DNA of 64,000 bases, taken from the NCBI RefSeq assembly GCF_048403405.1, contig NZ_CP183129.1. One strand, given 5' to 3'. The position numbers and the translations under genes are program-made. The DNA is from Escherichia coli (GTDB lineage Bacteria; Pseudomonadota; Gammaproteobacteria; Enterobacterales; Enterobacteriaceae). The stretch's first letter is position 1; each line of letters opens with the position of its first letter. Under the pieces are notes generated by a model. The model saw only the letters and a program-made list of their open reading frames with translations. It did no database searches and was not told the DNA's origin. Shown in pieces: positions 32,514 through 43,619 of the stretch.

Positions 32514-34169
32514 ATGACTCATCTTCCCCACTGGTGGCAAAACGGCGTTATCTACCAGATTTATCCAAAGAGTTTTCAGGACACCACGGGTAGCGGCACC
32601 GGCGATTTACGTGGCGTTATCCAACGCCTGGACTATCTGCATAAACTGGGCGTTGATGCCATCTGGCTAACCCCCTTTTATGTCTCTCCCCAGGTCGATA
32701 ACGGTTACGACGTAGCGAATTATACGGCGATTGATCCCACCTATGGCACGCTGGACGATTTTGACGAACTGGTGACGCAGGCAAAATCTCGCGGGATTCG
32801 TATCATTCTCGATATGGTGTTTAACCATACCTCTACCCAACATGCCTGGTTTCGCGAGGCGCTGAACAAAGCAAGCCCTTACCGCCAGTTTTATATCTGG
32901 CGCGATGGAGAACCAGAAACGCCACCGAACAACTGGCGTTCAAAATTCGGTGGTAGTGCGTGGCACTGGCATGCAGAAAGCGAACAGTACTATTTGCATC
33001 TCTTTGCACCAGAACAGGCGGATCTCAACTGGGAGAATCCAGCGGTACGCGCAGAGCTGAAAAAAGTCTGTGAGTTCTGGGCCGATCGTGGGGTCGACGG
33101 GTTGCGCCTGGATGTGGTGAATCTGATCTCCAAAGATCCGCGTTACCCTGAAGACCAGGATGGCGACGGGCGTCGCTTCTACACCGACGGGCCACGAGCA
33201 CACGAGTTTTTGCACGAGATGAACCGCGATGTGTTTACGCCACGCGGGTTAATGACCGTAGGTGAAATGTCCTCCACCAGCCTTGAGCATTGCCAGCGAT
33301 ACGCGGCTCTGACAGGCAGTGAATTGTCGATGACCTTTAATTTTCATCACCTGAAAGTCGATTATCCCGGTGGTGAAAAATGGACGCTGGCTAAACCTGA
33401 CTTTGTGGCGTTGAAAACATTGTTCCGCCACTGGCAACAAGGAATGCACAACGTGGCATGGAATGCCTTGTTCTGGTGTAACCACGATCAGCCGCGCATT
33501 GTTTCTCGCTTTGGTGATGAAGGTGAATACCGCGTGCCTGCGGCAAAAATGCTGGCGATGGTGCTGCATGGCATGCAGGGAACGCCGTATATCTACCAGG
33601 GCGAAGAGATTGGCATGACCAACCCGCATTTCACGCGCATTACTGACTATCGCGACGTGGAGAGCCTCAATATGTTTGCCGAACAGCGCAACAATGGGCG
33701 TGATGCCGACGAGTTATTGGCAATCCTCGCCAGTAAATCCCGTGACAACAGTCGCACACCCATGCAATGGAGCAACGGCGATAATGCCGGGTTTACGGCT
33801 GGCGAACCGTGGATTGGTCTGGGCGATAACTATCAGGAAATCAACGTAGAAGCCGCGCTGACCGATGAGTCCTCGGTGTTTTACACCTACCAAAAGTTAA
33901 TCGCACTGCGTAAGCAAGAAGCCGTTCTGACATGGGGCGATTACCAGGATCTGCTGCCAAACAGCCCTGTATTGTGGTGCTATCGCCGTGAATGGAAGGG
34001 GCAAACCTTGTTGGTCATTGCCAACCTTAGCCGTGAGATCCAACCCTGGCAACCAGGGCAAATGCGCGGCAACTGGCAGCTTGTGATGCATAACTACGAA
34101 GAAGCCTCACCACAACCCTGCGCCATGACTTTACGGCCTTTTGAGGCTGTCTGGTGGTTACAAAAGTAA
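32514..34169 (+). CDS. treC: Trehalose-6-phosphate hydrolase (GH13)
   Basis: ORF 32367-34169; start chosen at MTHLPHWWQNGVIYQIYPKSF (551 aa); GH13 motifs GVDGLRLDVVN and FWCNHDQPR. Confidence 0.9.
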   Translation: MTHLPHWWQNGVIYQIYPKSFQDTTGSGTGDLRGVIQRLDYLHKLGVDAIWLTPFYVSPQVDNGYDVANYTAIDPTYGTLDDFDELVTQAKSRGIRIILDMVFNHTSTQHAWFREALNKASPYRQFYIWRDGEPETPPNNWRSKFGGSAWHWHAESEQYYLHLFAPEQADLNWENPAVRAELKKVCEFWADRGVDGLRLDVVNLISKDPRYPEDQDGDGRRFYTDGPRAHEFLHEMNRDVFTPRGLMTVGEMSSTSLEHCQRYAALTGSELSMTFNFHHLKVDYPGGEKWTLAKPDFVALKTLFRHWQQGMHNVAWNALFWCNHDQPRIVSRFGDEGEYRVPAAKMLAMVLHGMQGTPYIYQGEEIGMTNPHFTRITDYRDVESLNMFAEQRNNGRDADELLAILASKSRDNSRTPMQWSNGDNAGFTAGEPWIGLGDNYQEINVEAALTDESSVFYTYQKLIALRKQEAVLTWGDYQDLLPNSPVLWCYRREWKGQTLLVIANLSREIQPWQPGQMRGNWQLVMHNYEEASPQPCAMTLRPFEAVWWLQK

Positions 34170-34180
34170 ATCTTCGCTAA

Positions 34181-34212
34181 GCCCCGGTAATGCCGGTCAT
34201 TCCGGGGTTTTG
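34181..34212 (+). terminator. Intrinsic terminator after treC
   Basis: GCCCCGG-loop-CCGGGGTTTT. Confidence 0.6.
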
Positions 34213-34354
34213 CCTGTCAGCATGTTGTTTTTGTTGATTTTATAATCAAAAAATTCATTAAAAAATTTACATATCGCTGTAGCGCCCGTCATCCGTACGC
34301 TCTGCTTTTTACTTTGAGCTACATCAAAAAAAGTTCAAACATCCTTGATGCAAA

Positions 34355-34402
34355 GCACTATATATAGACTTTAAAATGCGTCCCAACCCAATATGTTGTA
34401 TT
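34355..34402. promoter_or_regulatory. Two candidate NrdR boxes upstream of nrdDG
   Basis: GCACTATATATAGACT (34355-34370) and CCCAATATGTTGTATT (34387-34402), AT-rich 16-bp imperfect palindromes about 32 bp apart, resembling the acaCwAtATaTwGtgt NrdR-box pattern. Confidence 0.45.
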
Positions 34403-34562
34403 AATCGACTATAATTGCTACTACAGCTCCCCACGAAAAAGGTGCGGCGTTGTGGATAAGCGGATGGTGATTGCGGAAAGCACCGGAAAACGAAACAAAA
34501 AAACCGGAAAACGCCTTTCCCAATTTCTGTGGATAACCTGTTCTTAAAAATATGGAGCGATC

Positions 34563-36701
34563 ATGACACCGCATGTGATGAAACGAGACGGCTGCAAAGT
34601 GCCGTTTAAATCAGAGCGCATCAAAGAAGCGATTCTGCGTGCAGCTAAAGCAGCGGAAGTCGATGATGCCGATTATTGCGCCACTGTTGCCGCGGTTGTC
34701 AGCGAGCAGATGCAGGGCCGCAACCAGGTGGATATCAATGAGATCCAGACCGCAGTTGAAAACCAGCTGATGTCGGGTCCATACAAACAACTGGCTCGTG
34801 CTTACATCGAGTACCGTCACGATCGCGACATTGAACGTGAAAAACGCGGTCGCCTGAACCAGGAGATCCGTGGTCTGGTCGAGCAGACCAACTCCTCGTT
34901 ACTCAACGAAAACGCCAACAAAGACAGCAAGGTGATTCCAACCCAGCGCGATCTGCTGGCCGGGATCGTGGCTAAACACTATGCACGCCAGCACCTGCTG
35001 CCGCGTGACGTGGTGCAGGCACATGAACGTGGTGATATTCACTATCACGATCTCGATTACTCGCCGTTCTTCCCGATGTTCAACTGCATGTTGATCGACC
35101 TGAAAGGCATGCTGACCCAGGGCTTTAAAATGGGGAACGCCGAGATTGAACCGCCGAAGTCGATCTCTACGGCAACCGCGGTAACTGCGCAGATTATTGC
35201 CCAGGTCGCCAGCCATATTTATGGCGGCACCACCATTAACCGTATCGATGAAGTGCTGGCACCGTTTGTCACCGCCAGCTACAACAAACATCGCAAGACC
35301 GCAGAAGAGTGGAACATCCCGGACGCCGAAGGCTACGCTAACTCTCGTACCATCAAAGAGTGCTACGATGCCTTCCAGTCGCTGGAGTACGAAGTAAACA
35401 CCCTGCACACCGCCAACGGTCAAACGCCGTTTGTGACCTTTGGTTTTGGTCTGGGCACCAGCTGGGAATCGCGCCTGATTCAGGAATCTATCCTGCGTAA
35501 TCGTATCGCAGGCCTCGGTAAAAACCGTAAAACTGCGGTGTTCCCGAAACTGGTGTTTGCGATTCGCGATGGCCTGAACCATAAAAAAGGCGATCCGAAC
35601 TACGACATCAAACAGCTGGCGCTGGAGTGCGCAAGCAAGCGCATGTATCCGGATATCCTGAACTACGATCAGGTAGTGAAAGTCACCGGTTCGTTTAAAA
35701 CCCCGATGGGCTGCCGCAGCTTCCTCGGCGTGTGGGAAAATGAAAACGGCGAGCAGATCCACGATGGTCGTAACAACCTCGGCGTGATCAGCCTGAACCT
35801 GCCGCGTATTGCTCTGGAGGCAAAAGGCGATGAAGCCACCTTCTGGAAGCTGCTGGATGAACGTCTGGTGCTGGCACGTAAGGCGCTGATGACCCGTATC
35901 GCTCGTCTCGAAGGCGTGAAAGCGCGCGTAGCCCCGATCCTCTATATGGAAGGCGCTTGTGGCGTGCGTCTGAATGCTGACGACGACGTTTCTGAAATCT
36001 TCAAAAACGGTCGTGCGTCTATTTCGCTGGGTTACATCGGCATCCACGAAACCATTAACGCGCTGTTCGGCGGCGAGCATGTTTACGACAACGAGCAGCT
36101 GCGCGCGAAAGGTATTGCGATTGTTGAACGTCTGCGTCAGGCAGTGGATCAGTGGAAAGAAGAAACGGGTTATGGCTTCAGTCTCTACAGCACGCCGAGT
36201 GAAAACCTGTGCGACCGCTTCTGCCGTCTCGATACCGCTGAGTTTGGCGTGGTGCCGGGCGTGACCGATAAAGGTTACTACACCAACAGTTTCCACCTTG
36301 ATGTGGAGAAAAAGGTGAACCCGTATGACAAGATCGACTTTGAAGCGCCTTACCCGCCGCTGGCGAACGGTGGTTTCATTTGCTACGGCGAGTATCCAAA
36401 CATTCAGCACAACCTGAAGGCGCTGGAAGATGTCTGGGATTACAGCTATCAGCATGTACCGTATTACGGCACCAATACGCCGATCGATGAGTGCTACGAG
36501 TGTGGCTTTACTGGCGAGTTCGAGTGCACCAGCAAAGGCTTCACTTGCCCGAAATGTGGTAACCATGACGCCTCCCGTGTGTCGGTGACTCGCCGCGTGT
36601 GCGGATATTTAGGTAGCCCGGATGCACGTCCGTTTAACGCCGGTAAGCAGGAAGAAGTTAAGCGCCGCGTTAAACATTTGGGGAATGGGCAGATAGGTTA
36701 A
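34563..36701 (+). CDS. nrdD: Anaerobic ribonucleoside-triphosphate reductase (class III)
   Basis: 712-aa ORF; C-terminal glycyl-radical motif RVCGYLGS and cysteine cluster CYECG...CPKCG. Confidence 0.97.
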   Translation: MTPHVMKRDGCKVPFKSERIKEAILRAAKAAEVDDADYCATVAAVVSEQMQGRNQVDINEIQTAVENQLMSGPYKQLARAYIEYRHDRDIEREKRGRLNQEIRGLVEQTNSSLLNENANKDSKVIPTQRDLLAGIVAKHYARQHLLPRDVVQAHERGDIHYHDLDYSPFFPMFNCMLIDLKGMLTQGFKMGNAEIEPPKSISTATAVTAQIIAQVASHIYGGTTINRIDEVLAPFVTASYNKHRKTAEEWNIPDAEGYANSRTIKECYDAFQSLEYEVNTLHTANGQTPFVTFGFGLGTSWESRLIQESILRNRIAGLGKNRKTAVFPKLVFAIRDGLNHKKGDPNYDIKQLALECASKRMYPDILNYDQVVKVTGSFKTPMGCRSFLGVWENENGEQIHDGRNNLGVISLNLPRIALEAKGDEATFWKLLDERLVLARKALMTRIARLEGVKARVAPILYMEGACGVRLNADDDVSEIFKNGRASISLGYIGIHETINALFGGEHVYDNEQLRAKGIAIVERLRQAVDQWKEETGYGFSLYSTPSENLCDRFCRLDTAEFGVVPGVTDKGYYTNSFHLDVEKKVNPYDKIDFEAPYPPLANGGFICYGEYPNIQHNLKALEDVWDYSYQHVPYYGTNTPIDECYECGFTGEFECTSKGFTCPKCGNHDASRVSVTRRVCGYLGSPDARPFNAGKQEEVKRRVKHLGNGQIG

Positions 36702-36704
36702 TCC

Positions 36705-36750
36705 TTCCCCCTCACCCTAACCCTCTCCCTCAAGGGAGAGGGTACCGTTC
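36705..36750. repeat. GC-rich palindromic intergenic repeat, copy 3 of 3
   Basis: CCCTCACCCTAACCCTCTCCCTCAAGGGAGAGGGTACCG immediately after the nrdD stop. Confidence 0.8.
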
Positions 36751-36885
36751 CGTGCCCCTTCCTGATTCCCGACATAATGAATTGCCTCTGGCCAGTTGGT
36801 GTCGTCGCAAGGTGGCAAATGCGTAGCATCGGGGGACTTCGCCCGTACGCACCAGAGCAGTCATGGCGTCAATTGAGAATCGAAA

Positions 36886-37350
36886 ATGAACTTTCATCAG
36901 TACTATCCTGTCGACATCGTCAACGGCCCCGGCACTCGCTGCACCCTGTTTGTCTCCGGGTGTGTTCATGAATGCCCCGGTTGCTATAACAAAAGCACAT
37001 GGCGGGTAAATTCCGGTCAGCCATTTACCAAAGCAATGGAAGACCAGATCATTAACGATCTAAATGACACTCGCATCAAACGCCAGGGGATTTCCCTCTC
37101 CGGCGGCGATCCGCTGCATCCGCAAAACGTGCCGGATATTCTGAAACTGGTACAACGAATCCGCGCCGAATGTCCGGGTAAAGACATTTGGGTGTGGACA
37201 GGCTATAAACTCGACGAACTCAACGCTGCGCAAATGCAGGTTGTTGATTTGATTAACGTACTGGTCGACGGCAAATTTGTGCAGGATTTAAAAGACCCTT
37301 CCCTGATCTGGCGCGGCAGCAGCAATCAGGTGGTGCATCATTTGCGATGA
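36886..37350 (+). CDS. nrdG: Anaerobic ribonucleotide reductase activating protein (radical SAM)
   Basis: 154-aa ORF; CxxxCxxC cluster GCVHECPGCYN. Confidence 0.95.
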   Translation: MNFHQYYPVDIVNGPGTRCTLFVSGCVHECPGCYNKSTWRVNSGQPFTKAMEDQIINDLNDTRIKRQGISLSGGDPLHPQNVPDILKLVQRIRAECPGKDIWVWTGYKLDELNAAQMQVVDLINVLVDGKFVQDLKDPSLIWRGSSNQVVHHLR

Positions 37351-37394
37351 TAAGTTCCCTGTTACCTGAGTGCAGGCAACAGGGAAATAAGGAA

Positions 37395-37784
<390 letters not shown>

Positions 37785-37963
37785 TCACTTCCTTTTTTAT
37801 TTACACTTCATCCTTCACACTGCCTCATCGACGGCTACGCTCATTCGCCCGAGTCACGTACTGCGAGTACGCTCCCCGGCCCTCATTCACTTTCCGTCTC
37901 GATGCAGTGCGAATGATTTTGTGTAATTTTTTAGTTTATAGCGCGGCAGGTCGCGCCAGTTTT

Positions 37964-39316
37964 TTACTGCCCGGCGATTTTCATCTCCGGCAACAGCACA
38001 GAACCACACTGTATATTACTGCGTGTTTCAATATCGTTACCGACGGTGACAATATTGCGCCACATATCTTTTAAATTACCTGCGATGGTGATTTCGCTCA
38101 CCGGATACTGAATTTCGCCATTCTCTACCCAGAAGCCCGCCGCACCACGGGAATAATCACCGGTAATGGCACTCACGCCCTGACCCATCAGCTCCGTCAC
38201 CACCAGCCCGGTGCCCATCTCTTTAAGCATTTGTTCGAAGCTTAGCCCTTGTCCGGCAATCCGCCAGTTGTGAATACCGCCCGCATGTCCGGTGCTTTTC
38301 AGCCCCAGTTTCCGCGCCGAGTAGCTGGTCAGCAGCCACTGAGTCAGGATGCCATCTTTGACGATATCGCGGCGCTCGGTGCGCACACCTTCGCTGTCGA
38401 ATGGCGTAGAGGCCAGCCCTTTCAGCAGATGCGGATGCTCTTCAATGGTCAGCCAGTCCGGCAGAATTTGTTTACCCAGCGAATCCAGCAGGAAGGTAGA
38501 TTTACGGTAAACCGATCCACCCGCTATCGCCCCCACCAGATGCCCAAAAAGCCCGGTTGCCACTTCATTGGCAAAAATCACCGGCGCTTTCATGGTAGAA
38601 AGTTTACGCGGTGACAGGCGCGATAAGGTACGGCGAGCACAGTCGGCCCCAACCCACTCTGGCGTTTGCAGATCGCTCATCGCACGACCAATGGTGTAGG
38701 CGTAATCACGCTCCATATCGCCATTTTCTTCGGCAATTACACAGCTGGAGAGCGAATGACGCGTTGAGCAGTAACCCTGCAACATGCCGTGGCTGTTGCC
38801 AAAAACTTTGACACCGTAGTGGCTGTTAAAGCTGCCACCTTCGGTATTGGTGATGCGTTTATCCGCCTGCAATGCCGCCTGTTCAGCGCGGGCCGCCAGT
38901 TCAATGGCTTCATCCGGGGAAACTTCCGCAGGGTGGAACAAGTCGAGATCCGGTGCGTCAAAAGCCAGCAGCTCTTTGTCTGCCACGCCTGCATACGGAT
39001 CTGGCGAGGTATAACGGGCAATATCTAGCGCCGCCTGTACGGTGCGAGCAATGGCCTGCGGGCTTAAATCGGTAGACGATGCGCTACCTTTGCGGTTCTG
39101 GTGATAAACAGTGATCCCCAGCGCGCCATCGCTATTGAATTCAACATTCTCCACTTCACCATAACGCGTGCTAACGCTAATGCCGGTGGTCTTGCTGACG
39201 GCAACTTCCGCACCGTCCGATTTGCCTGAGGCCAACTCCAGCGCAGTCGAAACTGCTTCTTCCAGAATCTTGCGCTGCGCTTCAACTTGAGAGATTACTT
39301 TCATTGCAAGTGCCAT
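37964..39316 (-). CDS. pmbA: Metalloprotease PmbA (TldE)
   Basis: 450-aa ORF, recognised from sequence and position. Confidence 0.9.
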   Translation of the reverse strand: MALAMKVISQVEAQRKILEEAVSTALELASGKSDGAEVAVSKTTGISVSTRYGEVENVEFNSDGALGITVYHQNRKGSASSTDLSPQAIARTVQAALDIARYTSPDPYAGVADKELLAFDAPDLDLFHPAEVSPDEAIELAARAEQAALQADKRITNTEGGSFNSHYGVKVFGNSHGMLQGYCSTRHSLSSCVIAEENGDMERDYAYTIGRAMSDLQTPEWVGADCARRTLSRLSPRKLSTMKAPVIFANEVATGLFGHLVGAIAGGSVYRKSTFLLDSLGKQILPDWLTIEEHPHLLKGLASTPFDSEGVRTERRDIVKDGILTQWLLTSYSARKLGLKSTGHAGGIHNWRIAGQGLSFEQMLKEMGTGLVVTELMGQGVSAITGDYSRGAAGFWVENGEIQYPVSEITIAGNLKDMWRNIVTVGNDIETRSNIQCGSVLLPEMKIAGQ

Positions 39317-39409
39317 AATGTAGAGAGTTTCTCTGAAGTCTAACAGAGAACCGTTTTTCAGTGCGCATCTTAACTGGTAACATTAGCCTCTTTTTTTAAG
39401 GAGCCTGAG

Positions 39410-39961
39410 ATGACTAAGCAGCCCGAAGACTGGCTCGACGACGTTCCCGGTGATGACATCGAAGACGAAGACGATGAAATTATCTGGGTCAGTAAAAGTG
39501 AAATTAAACGCGATGCCGAGGAGCTAAAACGCCTTGGCGCGGAAATTGTTGATCTGGGGAAAAACGCGCTGGATAAGATCCCGTTAGATGCGGATCTGCG
39601 CGCGGCTATTGAGCTCGCCCAGCGTATTAAGATGGAAGGTCGCCGCCGCCAGTTGCAGCTCATCGGTAAGATGCTGCGCCAGCGCGACGTAGAGCCTATT
39701 CGTCAGGCGCTGGATAAGCTGAAAAACCGCCACAACCAGCAGGTGGTGTTGTTCCATAAACTGGAAAACCTGCGCGATCGTCTGATCGACCAGGGTGATG
39801 ACGCCATCGCTGAAGTATTGAATCTGTGGCCCGATGCCGATCGTCAGCAACTGCGTACTCTGATCCGTAACGCGAAGAAAGAGAAAGAAGGGAATAAGCC
39901 GCCGAAATCCGCACGCCAGATTTTCCAGTATCTGCGCGAGTTAGCGGAGAATGAAGGGTAA
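39410..39961 (+). CDS. yjgA: Ribosome-associated protein YjgA (DarP)
   Basis: 183-aa ORF with an acidic N-terminus and basic C-terminus. Confidence 0.85.
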
Positions 39962-39988
39962 TTTTCGTTGTTGATGTGAGTATGGTTT

Positions 39989-40018
39989 GCCGGATGCGGC
40001 GTAAACGCCTTATCCGGC
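39989..40018. repeat. REP element between yjgA and mpl
   Basis: GCCGGATGCGGCGTAAACGCCTTATCCGGC. Confidence 0.9.
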
Positions 40019-40043
40019 AATGCTATATCATGCTGAAGCCGAA

Positions 40044-41417
40044 TTACTGCGCAGCTTCCGCTTTCTTCGCCAGACCATCCAGCAGTTTCTGATGGATCCC
40101 ACCAAAACCGCCGTTGCTCATCACCAGAATATGGTCGCCAGGCTGAGCGGTTTTCACCACCATATCTGCCAGCGTATCCACATCGCCACTCCAGTGAGCA
40201 GGCTGAACGCAGGCTTCTGCCACTTCTGCCACCTGCCACGGAATATGCGCCGGTTGCAGCAGGAAGACTTCATCGGCACGACCTAATGAAGGTGCCAGAT
40301 CGTCTTTGCAGATCCCCATTTTCATGGTATTCGAACGCGGCTCCAGCACGGCAATAATGCGCGCCGTACCGCCAACTTTGCCACGCAGCGCCGCCAGCGT
40401 TGCCAGAATCGCAGTCGGGTGATGGGCGAAATCGTCATATACCGTCACGCCATTGGCTTCACCACGCAACTCCAGACGGCGACGAGCATTAATAAACGAA
40501 CCCAGCGCGTTAGCGGCATCTGCCGGCGCTACGCCAACATGGCGGGCCGCCGCAATCGCCATCAGGCCATTATGCATATTATGTTCGCCTACCAGCGACC
40601 ATTTCACTTCGCCCACTTTTTCGCCATCCAGCAAGACTTCCCATTCGGAAGCATCGGTGGTCAGCTTTTTCGCCTGCCAGTGACCCTGCTCGCCCACCAG
40701 CTCCTGCTCGCTCCAGCAGCCCATCGCCATGGTCTGTTTCAGGTTGATGTCGTTTTCCGGCCAGATAATACGGCCCTGCCCCGGAACGATACGCACCAGA
40801 TGGTGGAACTGTTTCTGGATCGCTTTCAGGTCGTCAAAGATATCGGCGTGATCGAACTCAAGGTTGTTGAGGATCAGCGTACGCGGGCAGTAATGGACAA
40901 ATTTAGAGCGTTTGTCGAAGAAGGCGCAGTCATACTCATCCGCTTCGATAACAAAGAAGTCGCTTTCGCCCAGACGCGCCGAAACCTCAAAGTTCCCCGG
41001 CACACCGCCGATCACAAATCCCGGTTTGTAACCGCACTGTTCCAGAATCCAGGTCGCCATTCCCGCGGTGGTAGTTTTGCCGTGTGTACCGGCAACGGCC
41101 AGCACCCAGCGGTCGCGCAGCACAAAATCGTGCAGCCACTGTGGACCTGACATATAAGGGATGTTTTTTTCCAGTACCGCTTCCACACACGGATTTCCAC
41201 GGGTCATGGCGTTGCCAATAATCACCAGATCCGGCTGCGGTTCGAGCTGGCTGGCATCGTAACCCTGAATCAGTTCAATGCCTTGCTTCTCAAGTAAGGT
41301 GCTCATCGGCGGATACACATTGGCGTCCGACCCCGTTACTTCATGGCCTAACTGGCGCGCCAGCATCGCCAGACCGCCCATAAACGTGCCACAAATTCCT
41401 AAAATATGAATGCGCAT
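40044..41417 (-). CDS. mpl: UDP-N-acetylmuramate:L-alanyl-gamma-D-glutamyl-meso-diaminopimelate ligase
   Basis: 457-aa ORF; Mur-ligase P-loop AGTHGKTTT. Confidence 0.95.
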   Translation of the reverse strand: MRIHILGICGTFMGGLAMLARQLGHEVTGSDANVYPPMSTLLEKQGIELIQGYDASQLEPQPDLVIIGNAMTRGNPCVEAVLEKNIPYMSGPQWLHDFVLRDRWVLAVAGTHGKTTTAGMATWILEQCGYKPGFVIGGVPGNFEVSARLGESDFFVIEADEYDCAFFDKRSKFVHYCPRTLILNNLEFDHADIFDDLKAIQKQFHHLVRIVPGQGRIIWPENDINLKQTMAMGCWSEQELVGEQGHWQAKKLTTDASEWEVLLDGEKVGEVKWSLVGEHNMHNGLMAIAAARHVGVAPADAANALGSFINARRRLELRGEANGVTVYDDFAHHPTAILATLAALRGKVGGTARIIAVLEPRSNTMKMGICKDDLAPSLGRADEVFLLQPAHIPWQVAEVAEACVQPAHWSGDVDTLADMVVKTAQPGDHILVMSNGGFGGIHQKLLDGLAKKAEAAQ

Positions 41418-41592
41418 ACGTCACTATCCTTTTTTAATCTGCCGCTCATTTTACGCATATGTCGGGCAAGTGAGAAACGCATTTCAGGATAATCCGTAAT
41501 TTGCTGGCGCGATTCACCTGAGCGCAACATTGAGATTATTTGTTAAGATTGTTGCGGTCGCTTTACTCCATAAACATTGCAGGGAAAGTTTT

Positions 41593-42591
41593 ATGAAAAC
41601 GTTAGGTGAATTTATTGTCGAAAAGCAGCACGAGTTTTCTCATGCTACCGGTGAGCTCACTGCTTTGCTGTCGGCAATAAAACTGGGCGCCAAGATTATC
41701 CATCGCGATATCAACAAAGCAGGACTGGTTGATATCCTGGGTGCCAGCGGTGCTGAGAATGTGCAGGGCGAGGTTCAGCAGAAACTCGACTTGTTCGCTA
41801 ATGAAAAACTGAAAGCCGCACTGAAAGCACGCGATATCGTTGCAGGCATTGCCTCTGAAGAAGAAGATGAGATTGTCGTCTTTGAAGGCTGTGAACACGC
41901 AAAATACGTGGTGCTGATGGACCCCCTGGATGGCTCGTCCAACATCGATGTTAACGTCTCTGTCGGTACCATTTTCTCCATCTACCGCCGCGTTACGCCT
42001 GTTGGCACGCCGGTAACGGAAGAAGATTTCCTCCAGCCTGGTAACAAACAGGTTGCGGCAGGTTACGTGGTATACGGCTCCTCTACCATGCTGGTTTACA
42101 CCACCGGATGCGGTGTTCACGCCTTTACTTACGATCCTTCGCTCGGCGTTTTCTGCCTGTGCCAGGAACGGATGCGCTTCCCGGAGAAAGGCAAAACCTA
42201 CTCCATCAACGAAGGAAACTACATTAAGTTTCCGAACGGGGTGAAGAAGTACATTAAATTCTGCCAGGAAGAAGATAAGTCCACCAATCGCCCGTATACC
42301 TCACGTTATATCGGTTCACTGGTCGCGGATTTCCACCGTAACCTGCTGAAAGGTGGGATTTATCTCTACCCAAGCACCGCCAGCCACCCGGACGGTAAAC
42401 TGCGTTTGCTGTATGAGTGCAACCCGATGGCATTCCTGGCGGAACAAGCGGGCGGTAAAGCGAGCGATGGCAAAGAGCGTATTCTGGATATCATCCCGGA
42501 AACCCTGCACCAGCGCCGTTCGTTCTTTGTCGGCAACGACCATATGGTTGAAGATGTCGAACGCTTTATCCGTGAATTCCCGGACGCGTAA
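41593..42591 (+). CDS. fbp: Fructose-1,6-bisphosphatase class 1
   Basis: ORF 41530-42591; start chosen at MKTLGEFIV (332 aa). Confidence 0.9.
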
Positions 42592-42597
42592 TCTCCT

Positions 42598-42626
42598 GCG
42601 CCTCTCCACACGGAGAGGCGTTTTTA
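42598..42626. terminator. Bidirectional intrinsic terminator between convergent fbp and yjfF
   Basis: GCGCCTCTCC-ACAC-GGAGAGGCG hairpin followed by TTTTT. Confidence 0.75.
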
Positions 42627-43619
42627 TCGCTGCGCAATATTGACTCTTGTCACAGGCGAACTCTGACGATTCTCCCACAGCACCGTTAATCCACGCTGTA
42701 ATGCTATAAAAATAAACAACAAAATACCGATGGCGATTTTCGTCCACCATGAGCTCAGCGTGCCATCAAAGTTTATGTAAGTCTGAATCAGTCCCTGAAT
42801 CGCCACGCCAAAAAGCGTCCCTAATACCGTTCCAACGCCACCGCTCAAAAGCGTACCGCCAATCACCACTGAGGCGATAGCGTCCAGTTCCACACCTACG
42901 CCCGCCAGCGCATATCCGGCCTGGGTATAAATCGAGAAGACAATACCCGCCAGCGTTGCCAGTCCGGTGGAGAGCATATAAATGCGAATAGTGGTGCTGC
43001 GCGTGGAAATCCCCATCAGGTTCGCCGACGTTGTGTTGCCGCCAATGGCGTACACCTGATTACCAAAACGGGTACGATGCGCGAGGAATATGCCGATAAC
43101 CACCACCGCCAGCATCAGCAGCCCCATCGCACTTAAGCGACCGCCGCCAGGGATTTTCCATGCAAGGCTTGAGAGCGTGTCATAAACAGGATGATTTATC
43201 GGGATCGACTCTTCCGAAACGAGATAGCTGACGCCACGCAAAAAGAACATTCCTGCCAGAGTAATGATAAACGCCGGGATCTTCAGGGCGTCGATCAAAA
43301 GCCCCATAAATGCGCCAAAGGCACAGCCCATCACCAGCACCAGTGGAAACGCCAGCAGCGGCGAGAGGCCGAAATCGCCAATCACTTTTGCCAGAAACAC
43401 GCCGGTAAAGGCGATCACCGAACCGACGGAGAGATCGATCCCACCGGAGAGGATCACAAAGGTCATGCCAACAGCGATGATCCCCAGAAAAGCGTTATCG
43501 GTCAGGATATTGCAGATCACTCTTGTGGAAGCAAAACCGGGAAACTGGGTCAGGCAGTAGAAATAACCCAGCACAAAGACGCCGATGGTGATCATCAGTG
43601 GCAAATTACGTTTTATCAC
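42624..43619 (-). CDS. yjfF: Galactofuranose ABC transporter permease
   Basis: 331-aa polytopic membrane ORF; last gene of ytfQRT-yjfF. Confidence 0.9.
   Translation of the reverse strand: MIKRNLPLMITIGVFVLGYFYCLTQFPGFASTRVICNILTDNAFLGIIAVGMTFVILSGGIDLSVGSVIAFTGVFLAKVIGDFGLSPLLAFPLVLVMGCAFGAFMGLLIDALKIPAFIITLAGMFFLRGVSYLVSEESIPINHPVYDTLSSLAWKIPGGGRLSAMGLLMLAVVVIGIFLAHRTRFGNQVYAIGGNTTSANLMGISTRSTTIRIYMLSTGLATLAGIVFSIYTQAGYALAGVGVELDAIASVVIGGTLLSGGVGTVLGTLFGVAIQGLIQTYINFDGTLSSWWTKIAIGILLFIFIALQRGLTVLWENRQSSPVTRVNIAQR

Noticed and set aside
34240-34260. Possible FNR box TTGATTTTATAATCAA upstream of nrdD
   Set aside because: The half-site spacing is 6 rather than the canonical 4 bp; I could not confirm a proper TTGAT-N4-ATCAA by eye, so it is left uncalled.
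34899-36566. 555-aa minus-strand ORF antisense to nrdD
   Set aside because: Same reasoning: fully inside nrdD, no RBS context, no recognisable protein features.
40419-41150. 243-aa plus-strand ORF antisense to mpl
   Set aside because: Nested in mpl on the opposite strand; arginine/histidine-rich junk translation.
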